Positions 26,116 through 35,329 of a stretch of 64,000 nt of DNA are shown here, piece after piece. The DNA is from Myxococcota bacterium (GTDB lineage: Bacteria > Myxococcota_A > UBA9160 > UBA4427): NCBI GenBank assembly GCA_965250285.1, contig OZ252299.1:2912001-2976000 (forward strand), read 5' to 3'. Numbering within the stretch: position 1 is the stretch's first letter; each line of letters opens with the position of its first letter. The notes beneath the pieces were generated by a model that made no database searches, was not told where the DNA came from, and saw only the letters and a list, made by a program, of their open reading frames with translations. Made by a program: the position numbers and the translations under genes.

Positions 26116-26379
26116 GCCACGAGCATCGCCCAGACCCGCGCGGCTCGCTCGAACGCCCGTGCACACGGCTGCGCGCGACGCAGCCCCGGCCCTGCACGCA
26201 GGAGCAGACGCGGCGCTGCACGCAGGCGCCACCGGGCGGTGGGGTATGCTGGCGCGCCGCGGCGCGCGCACGCGCGCAACGCATCCCCGCTCGAGAGGGC
26301 CTGCAGCGGATCGAACCCGAGAGCGTGCTGCTCCGAACCGAAGCGCGGCCCCGCCGCCTTGGCCGCACCGGGAGGCGAC

Positions 26380-27933
26380 ATGAGCTGGAAGCCCGAAGTC
26401 GAAGGCATCGAAGCGCGGCGCAAGGCCGCCCTCGAGATGGGAGGCGAGGCCGCCACCCAGCGGCAGCACGAGAAGGGGCGGCTGACGGTGCGCGAGCGCA
26501 TCGATGCGCTCGCCGACGCGGGCAGCTTTCGCGAGCAGGGGCCGATCGCCGGCTACGGCGAGACCGACGACGAGGGCCGGCTCGTCGAGTTCACACCGGC
26601 CAACTACGTGCTCGGTACCGTCGCCGTCGAGGGCCGTCCGTGCGTGGTGGGCGGTGAAGACTTCACCCAGCGCGGCGGTTCGCCGACGCCGGCGGGCCTG
26701 CGCAAGAGCGTCTACGCCGAAGAGCTGGCCTGGCGGCAGCGCCTGCCCCTCGTTCGCCTGCTCGAGGGCGGCGGCGGCAGCGTCGCCGGCACGGGCGGCA
26801 AGAAAGGGCAGCCGCGCCCGATGGGCGACCCGGTGTTCGCCAACCCGCGCTTCGAGTCGATCGCGATGGTGCTCGAGACCGCGCCCGTCGTCTCGGTCGC
26901 GCTGGGCGCGGTGGCGGGGTTCCCGGCCGCGCGCCTCGCCGCCTCCCATCTCTCGATCATGACGAAGCACACCTCGCAGGTGTTGATCGCCGGCCCTGCG
27001 GTGGTCGAGCGCGCAACCGGCGAGCACTTGACGAAAGACGAGCTGGGCGGACCGGGCATCCACCTGAAGAGCGGTGTCGTCGACAACGTCGCCGAGGACG
27101 AGCGCGAAGCCCTCGACATGGCGCGGCGCTTCCTCTCCTACCTGCCGCGCAACGTCGACTTCCTGCCGCCGCGGAGCGACTGCAACGACCCCCGCGACCG
27201 ATCTGAAGAGAAGCTGCTCGACATCGTGCCGCGCGACCGACGCAAGGTCTACAAGATGCGCAAGATCCTCGAGGCCGTCTTCGATACGGGCTCGTTCTTC
27301 GAGATGAGCCCGCTCTACGGTCGCTCGCAGATCGTCGGGCTCGCGCGCTTGATGGGCACGCCGGTGGGCGTCTTCGCCAACGACCCGATGTTCTATGCCG
27401 GTTCGATGGGCGCCGACGGGGCGCAGAAGGTCGCCCGCTTTCTGCGCTTCTGTGAGACGTTCCACCTGCCGGTCGTCTCGTTCGTCGACGAGCCCGGCTT
27501 CATGATCGGGCTCGAGAGCGAGAAGGCCGGGACGATCCGCTACGGCGTCGACGCGATCGTGGCCGGCGTCCGCTCGACGGTGCCGTGGGCGACGGTGGCC
27601 GTACGCAAGTCGTACGGGGTCGCCGCCGCGGCGCACTACGGTCCGCGCGGCACGGTGTTCACGTGGCCGAGCGCCGAGGCGGGCGCCCTGCCCCTCGAAG
27701 GTGGCGTCGCGGTGGCGTTCCGGCGCGAGATCGCGGCCGCACCCGATCCCGATGCGAAGCGCGCCGAGCTCGAAGAGATGCTCGCGAGGCGCCGCACGCC
27801 GTTTCCGCGCGCCGAGGCCTTCGCAGCCCACGATCTGATCGATCCGCGACGCACGCGACCGGTGCTCTGCGATTGGCTCGAGCTCGTCTGGCCCGGGCAT
27901 GAAGCCGCGGTGCTACGGGGCGGACCGCGCTGA
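26380..27933 (+). CDS. Acyl-CoA carboxylase carboxyltransferase (beta) subunit
   Basis: QHEKGRLTVRERI, DFTQRGGS, ELGG, FVDEPGFMIG, VRKSYG, IDPRRTR; GGAGG RBS. Confidence 0.92.
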   Translation: MSWKPEVEGIEARRKAALEMGGEAATQRQHEKGRLTVRERIDALADAGSFREQGPIAGYGETDDEGRLVEFTPANYVLGTVAVEGRPCVVGGEDFTQRGGSPTPAGLRKSVYAEELAWRQRLPLVRLLEGGGGSVAGTGGKKGQPRPMGDPVFANPRFESIAMVLETAPVVSVALGAVAGFPAARLAASHLSIMTKHTSQVLIAGPAVVERATGEHLTKDELGGPGIHLKSGVVDNVAEDEREALDMARRFLSYLPRNVDFLPPRSDCNDPRDRSEEKLLDIVPRDRRKVYKMRKILEAVFDTGSFFEMSPLYGRSQIVGLARLMGTPVGVFANDPMFYAGSMGADGAQKVARFLRFCETFHLPVVSFVDEPGFMIGLESEKAGTIRYGVDAIVAGVRSTVPWATVAVRKSYGVAAAAHYGPRGTVFTWPSAEAGALPLEGGVAVAFRREIAAAPDPDAKRAELEEMLARRRTPFPRAEAFAAHDLIDPRRTRPVLCDWLELVWPGHEAAVLRGGPR

Positions 27934-27980
27934 GCGGTGTCCCCCCGATCTGACCCGGCGGCACGACGCGGGTCGCGCGG

Positions 27981-29315
27981 TCAGCCCCGATCGTAGGTCA
28001 GCGCGCGCGCAGCCCTCGCCTCGACGTGCTGGCCGGCCTGCCAGACGACCTGCCCGTTGACGATCGTCGTCTGGATGCGGCTGCCGAAGCGGCGGCCTGC
28101 AAAGGGCGTCCAACCGCACTTGCTGAAGACCGGCTCGTCATCGACGACGTACTCGGCACGGTCGTCGACCAGAACGAGATCGGCGAACCAGCCTTCGCGC
28201 AGGTGCCCCCGCTCGGCCACATCGAACAGCGCGGCCGGTGCGTGGCAGGCCTTCTTCACCAGATGAGGCAGGTCGAAGCGCCCGGCGCTCACGTGCTCGA
28301 AGAGCGTGAGCAGGGCGTGCTGAACGAGCGGCAGTCCGGCGGGCGCATCGAGAAAGGGGCGCCCCTTCTCTTCGCGGGTGTGGGGTGCGTGGTCGGTGGC
28401 GATCACGTCGATCCGATCTTCGGCGACCGCGCGCACGATCGCCTCTCGATCTTCGGCGGTCTTGATCGAGGGGTTGCACTTGATGTCGGCCCCCTTCGAC
28501 GCGTAGTCGCCCTCGTCGAAGTACATGTGGTGCACGCAGGCCTCGGCGGTGATGCGCTTGCCCTCGACTGGTCCAGGCTCGAAGAGCGCCAGCTCCTCGG
28601 CCGTCGTCAGGTGCAACACGTGGAGCCGCGCGTCGTGCTTCTTCGCGAGCTCGACGGCGAGCGAGGACGACTGCCAGCACGCTTCGCGCGATCGGATGTT
28701 GGCATGCAAATGGGCCGGCGCATCCGAGCCGTGCTCCTCTCGAGCGGCGGCCTCGTTGGCGAGGATCGTCGGCGTATCTTCGCAGTGCGTGGCGATCAAC
28801 AGGGGAGAAGCGCGAAAGATGCCGTCGAGCGTCTCGGGTGAATCGACCAGCATGTTGCCCGTCGATGCGCCCATGAAGACCTTCAATCCACAGGCCTTCG
28901 ATACGTCGACGCGCATGATCTCTTCGAGGTTGTCGTTCGTCGCCCCGAAGTAGAAGCCCCAGTTCGCCCAGGCCGAGTCGGCTGCGCGGCGGTGCTTGTC
29001 TTCGAGGGCCGCGGCATCGACCGTCAGCGGGTTGCAGTTGGGCATCTCCATGAAGCTGGTGATGCCGCCGGCGACGGCCGCCTTCGACTCGGTGCCGAGA
29101 TCACCCTTGTGCGTGAAGCCCGGCTCTCGAAAGTGCACCTGATCGTCGATCATGCCGGGCATCAAGACGGCGCCGTCGGCGTCGATCACCGTCTCGCCGG
29201 CACGGCCTTCGACCGCCGGGCCGATCGCATCGATGCGCTCGCCGTCGACCCGCAGATCGCCCTCGCGTACGTCGCCATCGGTCACGATGCGGGCATTGAC
29301 GATGCGGAGGCTCAT
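27981..29315 (-). CDS. pyrC: Dihydroorotase
   Basis: PGMIDDQVHFREPG, KVFMGASTG, THCED, EACVHH, KCNPSIK, ATDHAPH, SKCGWTPF. Confidence 0.92.
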   Translation of the reverse strand: MSLRIVNARIVTDGDVREGDLRVDGERIDAIGPAVEGRAGETVIDADGAVLMPGMIDDQVHFREPGFTHKGDLGTESKAAVAGGITSFMEMPNCNPLTVDAAALEDKHRRAADSAWANWGFYFGATNDNLEEIMRVDVSKACGLKVFMGASTGNMLVDSPETLDGIFRASPLLIATHCEDTPTILANEAAAREEHGSDAPAHLHANIRSREACWQSSSLAVELAKKHDARLHVLHLTTAEELALFEPGPVEGKRITAEACVHHMYFDEGDYASKGADIKCNPSIKTAEDREAIVRAVAEDRIDVIATDHAPHTREEKGRPFLDAPAGLPLVQHALLTLFEHVSAGRFDLPHLVKKACHAPAALFDVAERGHLREGWFADLVLVDDRAEYVVDDEPVFSKCGWTPFAGRRFGSRIQTTIVNGQVVWQAGQHVEARAARALTYDRG

Positions 29316-29423
29316 GACGTTTCTCCCGCCGAGTCGGCGTCAGGTGTGGGCGCGAACGGGTCGAGTGTAGGACGCGACGGGGCGACGCGTCGCCCTCGAC
29401 CGAGAGGGCGAGGCGCAAGCACG

Positions 29424-30632
29424 CTACCAGGCGCCGCCGGTCTGAATGTAGAACGCGAACGTGTCTTGGCTGAAGCCGAAGTCGACGCCGCTATGGAGCC
29501 CCATCATCCGGGCGAGGAGATACCGGAACCCGAAGCCTCCGGCCGGCACCGCGCCCGGGTCCTCGAACTCGTCCGACTTTCGCCCGTCGATCCAGCCGAC
29601 GCCCGCGAACCCGATCAGGCTCAGTCGACGCCAGACCCGCCAGCGCAGCTCGAGCTCGCCCTGCCATGCACGGTCGTCCTGATACCGGAGCGCCGGCACG
29701 CCGCGCAGCTTGATGTACGGCTCCATGTAGAACGGCGCGTCCCCGAAGCTGAAGTCGGCCCCGATGTTCAGCCCCGCCACCAGCTTCTCGTCGAAGAACG
29801 GGTGGTACGTGATGAAGCTCGTCTCGAGGATGTCGAAGTTGTTGTCGCCGCCAAAGAAGTCGCGCCAGAACGTGTGATAGACACGAACGTTCTGACCGCG
29901 GTTCGGCGTGAAGATGTTGTCGCGGTTGTCGTAGATGCCGAGCACCGAGAGGCCCGAATTCTTGTCGGTATCGAAGCGAAACAGCTCGTCGAAAGGCGGC
30001 GGCACGAGATCCGCCACGGGCGTGCTGGGCTTCAGGTACAGATAGCGATAGCGAGCCCCGAGAAAGAAATCCGACCGAAAGAGCCTCGCTTGGAACTCGT
30101 GGCTGACGATGCCGCCCTCGACGGTGTAGGGAAAGCTCAGACTCGTCGTGTCGCCATCGATGAAGAGATCGACGTTCGCCGCCATGTAGCCGCCGAACGT
30201 GAGCGTTCGAAACTGGTCTTCGCGCCACGAGCCGAAATGACCGCCGCCCGCGCCCCACGATTTGCTCTCGGTTCCGAAGCCGAAGCCGAACGAGATGCTC
30301 GGCGGCAGACCCAGCGGCTTCTCGGGGTGCTCCTTCTGGCGTTCTCGATCCCGCGCCGTCTTGTGAAAGAAGAGCAGCGCAGCGCCGCCGCCGTAACCGA
30401 CCGCCGGCTCGGTCACGATGATCGGCACCGGCATCGCACCGCGCTTGTTGAGCAGCCAGTCGCTCATGTCGAACTGGCCGTCGGTCGGGTCGACGAACGC
30501 CTCGGTCAGGAAGCCCTGGGCGCGCGCAGGCCCGGCCTGCAGCCAGAGGCACACGACTGCGCCCACCACCCCCACCGCGCCCAGGCAGCGCCGAACGCGG
30601 TGGCTGCGCTTCGGCCGATCCGGCCCCGTCAT
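29424..30632 (-). CDS. Omp85 (BamA/TamA-like) barrel-only outer-membrane protein
   Basis: Signal peptide, PIIVTEPAVGYGGG, YDNRDNIFTPNRG, LRGVPALRYQ, GFRYLLAR, C-terminal Trp. Confidence 0.75.
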   Translation of the reverse strand: MTGPDRPKRSHRVRRCLGAVGVVGAVVCLWLQAGPARAQGFLTEAFVDPTDGQFDMSDWLLNKRGAMPVPIIVTEPAVGYGGGAALLFFHKTARDRERQKEHPEKPLGLPPSISFGFGFGTESKSWGAGGGHFGSWREDQFRTLTFGGYMAANVDLFIDGDTTSLSFPYTVEGGIVSHEFQARLFRSDFFLGARYRYLYLKPSTPVADLVPPPFDELFRFDTDKNSGLSVLGIYDNRDNIFTPNRGQNVRVYHTFWRDFFGGDNNFDILETSFITYHPFFDEKLVAGLNIGADFSFGDAPFYMEPYIKLRGVPALRYQDDRAWQGELELRWRVWRRLSLIGFAGVGWIDGRKSDEFEDPGAVPAGGFGFRYLLARMMGLHSGVDFGFSQDTFAFYIQTGGAW

Positions 30633-30733
30633 CCTCGAAATCCCCTCGCCCACGAGAAAATCGCGCTCGCGCCACACCGACGCGATAGCACAGGGTGCAT
30701 CGCGACGACCCGAGCGAGCGCGCAGCCGCGCAC

Positions 30734-31858
30734 CTAGAAGCCGCGGGCCGGACCCCGAATGCAGTACGCACGCAGGGCCGGGTCGAGACAAGATCGATCG
30801 ATGAACTGGTCGACCTGATCGGAGTGCGCGTCGAGCCTGCGCTCGTAGGTCGACGGGTCGACGCGACCGATCTCGGCGGCGATCGCGCGCACGATGCCAT
30901 TGCTGATGCCCGCGTCGAAGTGGTGCAGATCCTTGTAGCGCGACAGGTCGTGCGTGATCACCCGCTCCGTCTGGAAGTCGTGGATCGCGACGTTCGGCGC
31001 CACGCCGAACGCATCGACGACACCGCGCTTGAACGCGAGTCGCTCTTCGAACTCGTGATCCGAGACCAGGTGATCGGCGACGTACGCGACGATCGAGTAC
31101 GGCGCGAAGAACAGATCGAACTGCACGCTCGGGTTCTCGCGCACGAGCGGCCCGATGAAACGCTCGACCTTGCGACGCGTGACGGGCGCCGTGCGTCCGA
31201 AGTCATTGCCGGGCAGCGCCTTCTCGCGCGCGACCCAGCGGCGGATGCGCTGCCAAGAAGCCTCGACCTGGACCGGGCCGAACTGCGATGTCTCGGCCCA
31301 GCGGTTGAGCGTCTCGAGATCACGGTGGCCTCGGCCGAGCAGCGCGTCGCGAGAGAGGCGCAGGGTGTCGAGCGAGAGCAGGTAGCCCCCGATGGTCTCG
31401 AAGCCGGGCTGGTAGAGATGACGCGGGAGCGCGTCGTCTCCCCATGGCGAGAGGGGCGAGTCGCGGAACGCCAGATGGTCGAGCCCCCAGATGACGCGTT
31501 TCACCTGACCCGTGTCGATGGCCGCCTGCACGAGGGCCGCCTGCTCGACCGCCCGCGACCCCTCGACGGCGAGCTTGATCGCTCGTCCGCCGAGCTCCGC
31601 TTCGACGAGGCGCGGGGAGAGGTTCTCGGTGTGCGAGGTGCCGACGATGATGGTGTCGTAGTCGTGCGTGCGGATGAGCCCCGCGTTCTGATGTCGTTGG
31701 TTCTCGGTGTAGATCGGCGAGTAGGCCGCACGACGCAGGATCTGCAGGGGATCGACCGCAAAGTTCACCGCACCGACGAGCGCCACGAACAGGATCGCCC
31801 CACCGACCACGATCGGCAGATACAGCCCCTCTCTCGGATGCGTCGGCGTCGTTGTCAT
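30734..31858 (-). CDS. Membrane-anchored SGNH-like partner of the MBOAT (DltD/AlgJ-like)
   Basis: N-terminal TM, IIVGTSHT, C-terminal YKDLHHF (DxxH); directly downstream of the MBOAT. Confidence 0.65.
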   Translation of the reverse strand: MTTTPTHPREGLYLPIVVGGAILFVALVGAVNFAVDPLQILRRAAYSPIYTENQRHQNAGLIRTHDYDTIIVGTSHTENLSPRLVEAELGGRAIKLAVEGSRAVEQAALVQAAIDTGQVKRVIWGLDHLAFRDSPLSPWGDDALPRHLYQPGFETIGGYLLSLDTLRLSRDALLGRGHRDLETLNRWAETSQFGPVQVEASWQRIRRWVAREKALPGNDFGRTAPVTRRKVERFIGPLVRENPSVQFDLFFAPYSIVAYVADHLVSDHEFEERLAFKRGVVDAFGVAPNVAIHDFQTERVITHDLSRYKDLHHFDAGISNGIVRAIAAEIGRVDPSTYERRLDAHSDQVDQFIDRSCLDPALRAYCIRGPARGF

Positions 31859-31882
31859 CGGTCGAGCTCGCCTCGCCCCTGG

Positions 31883-33346
31883 CTAGAACTGGAAGTACAG
31901 GAACTCGCTGTAGCGCCGGATCCCGAGCAGCGCCGCAGCCGCCACGAGCGCAACCCCCGCGGCCAGGGAGGGCGTCGGTCGCCAGCGGAGCCCTCGCGCG
32001 ATCGGCCGCAGCGCGCCATCCGGGGCGAGCGCCCCCGCCTCGTCGATCATCCACTCGTGGAGATTCGGCATGGCCATACAGAACGCCGTCAAGCCGACCA
32101 GCACAATCACCTCGTTCGGCGCGAAGCCCGCCCCGAGACCGCGCAGGCCGAGCATGCCCTCGTAGATCACCACGGCATCCCCCACGTGTTCGGCCCGAAA
32201 GAGCACCCAACCGAAGACGACCGCCAGAAACGTGAGCAGGCGTCCCACCGCCCGCCCGGCGAGCGAAGGCGCGCGCGCCCCCCGCAGCGCGCGCCAGCCG
32301 TGGTTCACGAGCAGATACACGCCGTGCAGGGCACCCCACGCGAGAAACGTGAACCCCGCCCCGTGCCACAGGCCGCCGAGGACCATGGTGATCAGCAGAT
32401 TCGCGTAGCGACGCGCGACGCCGTGGCGATTGCCGCCGAGCGGGATGTAGACCTGCTCCTTCAAGAACCGCGAGAGCGTCATGTGCCAGCAGCGCCAGAA
32501 CTCGATCATGCTCGTCGCGCGATACGGCGAGGCGAAGTTGAGCGGCAGACGCACGCCGAAGAGCAGGCCGAGCCCCACCGCCATGTCGCTGTAGCCCGAG
32601 AAGTCGAAGTACAGCTGGAACGTGTAGGCGAGCGCAGCCGTCCACGACTCGGCGGCCGCGGGGAGCGCGCCGAGGGCGACCTGCTCGAAGACCGGCGTCG
32701 ACCACGTCGCCACGCCATCGGCGATCGCGACCTTCTTGAACAAGCCGAGAAAGAAGATCGTGAGTCCGACGTCGAGATGCCGCCGCGACGGCCGGCCTGC
32801 GCGCAGCTGCTCGAACTGCGGAAGCATCTCGCGGTGGTGAACGATCGGGCCCGCGATCAGCTGCGGAAAGAAGGTGACGAAGAGCGTGTACTGCAGCGGG
32901 TCGCGCTCGGCCGTGCCCGAACGCCAGGCGTCGACGAGATAGGCGATCTGCTGGAACGTGAAGAAAGAGATCGCGAGTGGCAGCACGATCGTGTCGAGCT
33001 GCACCTGCCAGCCGGCGACCCGCACCAGCGTGTCCGTGAAGAAGTTCGCGTACTTGAACCACCCGAGCGCCGCGAGGTTCGCGGCGACGCCGAGCGCCAG
33101 CCCCGCGCGCCCGCCCTGCCCCGCCGCACGGCGCCGCGCCAGCCATCCGCCGACGACGAAGTTGAAGGCCACCGAAGCCCCGAGCAGGCCGAGGTAGCGC
33201 GGGTTCCACCAGCCGTAGAAGACGAGCGAGGCCGCGACCAGCCAGACGCGAGCGGGCCGCTCGCCGACGAATCGCCCCAGCAGGACGAACCCGAGCCACG
33301 TGAGCGGCAAGAACCCCAGGATGAACACGTACGAGTTGAAGAGCAT
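31883..33346 (-). CDS. MBOAT O-acyltransferase (AlgI/DltB-like)
   Basis: MLFNSYVF, LPLAISFFTFQQIAY, FPQLIAGPI, YFDFSGYSDMA, FWRCWHMTLS, GLWHGA, FLYFQF. Confidence 0.93.
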   Translation of the reverse strand: MLFNSYVFILGFLPLTWLGFVLLGRFVGERPARVWLVAASLVFYGWWNPRYLGLLGASVAFNFVVGGWLARRRAAGQGGRAGLALGVAANLAALGWFKYANFFTDTLVRVAGWQVQLDTIVLPLAISFFTFQQIAYLVDAWRSGTAERDPLQYTLFVTFFPQLIAGPIVHHREMLPQFEQLRAGRPSRRHLDVGLTIFFLGLFKKVAIADGVATWSTPVFEQVALGALPAAAESWTAALAYTFQLYFDFSGYSDMAVGLGLLFGVRLPLNFASPYRATSMIEFWRCWHMTLSRFLKEQVYIPLGGNRHGVARRYANLLITMVLGGLWHGAGFTFLAWGALHGVYLLVNHGWRALRGARAPSLAGRAVGRLLTFLAVVFGWVLFRAEHVGDAVVIYEGMLGLRGLGAGFAPNEVIVLVGLTAFCMAMPNLHEWMIDEAGALAPDGALRPIARGLRWRPTPSLAAGVALVAAAALLGIRRYSEFLYFQF

Positions 33347-33402
33347 CGACGGCCTGGGTTCGAGTCACCGCATCGACGCGACGGACATGCGCGCGCCGAC
33401 GT

Positions 33403-34008
33403 TCAGAGGAACGGCAGCCAGCCGCGCTGTTCGAGCTCGGCTCGGCAGCCAGCATACTGCGCCTCGTAGCGGCGGGCGCGGGCCTCGACGCGGCGGGCCG
33501 TGGCCTCGAGCCACGCCTTGCCCTCGTGGTCGCCGCGCACGAAGCCCGTCGGCCCTTCGTGATAGGCGAGGTACAGGTCGCCCACGGCGTCGGGCGCGAT
33601 CCCGGCCACGCGCCGACTGCGCGCGCCGTACCAGCCGACGAAATCGAGCACGTCGTCGATGCGATCGCGGCGGGCGCCTGGCCGGGCGCCGGCGGCCAGG
33701 TAGTCCTGCCACGTCGAGTCGAGCACCTGACCGAAGCCGTAGGCCGACGACACGCGAAAGCCGGGCAGTACGCCGAGCCAGACCCGACGCGGCGGCCGCG
33801 CATCGGCGCGAAAGCTCGACTCCTGAAACACGATCGCGAGCTGCGCCGCTTCGGAGACACCCCAGCGATCGGCCGAGGCACGCGCCGCGGCGTGCCAGCG
33901 CGGCTTCTCGCGAAACACGGCGCACAGGTCTTCGGGATCACGCGGCGGTGCGTCCGACGCGACGACGAGCCACGCCACCGCGACGACGAAGCAGATGCAG
34001 AGGGCCAC
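33403..34008 (-). CDS. Transglycosylase SLT-domain protein
   Basis: DLCAVFREKPRW, QESSFRADARPPR, SSAYGFGQ, YLAYHEG; start approximate. Confidence 0.8.
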   Translation of the reverse strand: MALCICFVVAVAWLVVASDAPPRDPEDLCAVFREKPRWHAAARASADRWGVSEAAQLAIVFQESSFRADARPPRRVWLGVLPGFRVSSAYGFGQVLDSTWQDYLAAGARPGARRDRIDDVLDFVGWYGARSRRVAGIAPDAVGDLYLAYHEGPTGFVRGDHEGKAWLEATARRVEARARRYEAQYAGCRAELEQRGWLPFL

Positions 34009-34147
34009 TGCGCCCGCCCGCTCGACGCGCTCACGCAGGCGCTTCAGCAGCGGTCCGCGCCGCCCACGACGGACGCGAGCGCGCGCCGGCCCGGCCCGCT
34101 TGCGCGCCGCGGCCTTGCGTCGGCCCGCCGCCCGCGCGGCCGACGGC

Positions 34148-35053
34148 CTACGTCGGCCCCGCTTCGAAGCCACCGATGCGCTCCCCCATGCGCACGGGAT
34201 GTCCCGGGTCTCGTGGTTCGAGCGCGACGCTCCCCGGAGCCGCCAACACGATGATCGTCGAGCCGAACTCGAAGCGCCCCAGCTCGTCACCCGCTGCGAG
34301 ACGGGCCTCGCCGTGCTCGTAGACGCACGACGCGCGGGCCCCCCGGCGCACGTTGGTCTCGAGTGAAGAGAACGTCAGCTTGGTCTTGCCCACCATCGTC
34401 GCGCCAACGGCGACGAGGCCAATCGAGCCCTCGGGCCCGCGCGGCAAGCCCGAAGTCGTGAGCGGCGACAGATGCGTGCACAACCGTTCGTTCTCGGCGA
34501 ACAGGCCAGGTACGCCCTCGAGACCGATGCGATTGACCGGCCAGAGACGCCCCGGCACGTAGTCGACGCGCTCGACCTCGGCCGTGCACGGGGCGTGAAA
34601 GCGGTGGTAGTCGCGCGGCGAGAGGTAGAGCGTCGCGAACCATCCGCCCTCGAAGGCCTTCGCCCGTTCGGCTGAAGCGATCAGATCGGCGAGCGCATAC
34701 GGGCTGCCCTTCACCTGGAGCAGGCGCCCGCCTTCGATCCGGCCGGTGGCACCCCAAGCGCCGTCGCACGGCGAGACGAATGCGTCGGAGCCGGGATCGA
34801 GGGGTCGCGCACCATCGCGCAGCGCGCGCACGAAGAACGACTGAACCGACTCGAAGCGTTCGATCGGATCGCGCGCCTCGCTGACGTCGGCCCCCACGGC
34901 CCGCGCAAAGCCAGCGACGATCGGGCGGGCGAGACCGAAGGGCCAACGAATCGAGACCACGCGGCCGGCGAGCCGGCTGATTGCGTTCTTCGGCACGACG
35001 CGCAGCAGCTGCAGCAGGAGCCACGCGGCGCCCGACAGGCTGCCCTTCGACAT
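34148..35053 (-). CDS. psd: Phosphatidylserine decarboxylase proenzyme
   Basis: FFVRAL, VSPCDG, YLSPRDYHRFHAP, LFAENER, VGATMVG, FEFGST self-cleavage motif. Confidence 0.92.
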   Translation of the reverse strand: MSKGSLSGAAWLLLQLLRVVPKNAISRLAGRVVSIRWPFGLARPIVAGFARAVGADVSEARDPIERFESVQSFFVRALRDGARPLDPGSDAFVSPCDGAWGATGRIEGGRLLQVKGSPYALADLIASAERAKAFEGGWFATLYLSPRDYHRFHAPCTAEVERVDYVPGRLWPVNRIGLEGVPGLFAENERLCTHLSPLTTSGLPRGPEGSIGLVAVGATMVGKTKLTFSSLETNVRRGARASCVYEHGEARLAAGDELGRFEFGSTIIVLAAPGSVALEPRDPGHPVRMGERIGGFEAGPT

Positions 35054-35329
35054 CTCGGTCCTCTCTACTCCGACGCGTCGGGCCTGCTCGGCCCGGCGCG
35101 CCGAAGACGTTGGGCGTTGCTTTCAGCGACGCGTCGGCCGTTCGGCCGGCGACGCCTGCATCCGCGCGGCGGGCCGTCCGGCCCGGCGCGTCGGCTTCGT
35201 GGGCCTGCGATTCGAGTCGCTCGCTTCACAAGTGTCCGCCGCACAGCGCAGGGTTGCCACCACCGCGTGCGGTCGCGTCAGAGGCGCAGCCCTCGCCACG
35301 ATGCGCTGCGTAGGGCATCGTCGGGCGGG

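Noticed and set aside
33352..33375. tRNA-like GGTTCGAGTC (also CTCGAATCCC near 38222)
   Set aside because: No T-stem pairing or cloverleaf.
30695..33469. Long antisense ORFs (also 4520-6331, 7749-10085, 11115-13586, 40336-42393, 62472-63983 and others)
   Set aside because: Expected stop-poor shadows in high-GC DNA, opposite genes with clear family motifs.
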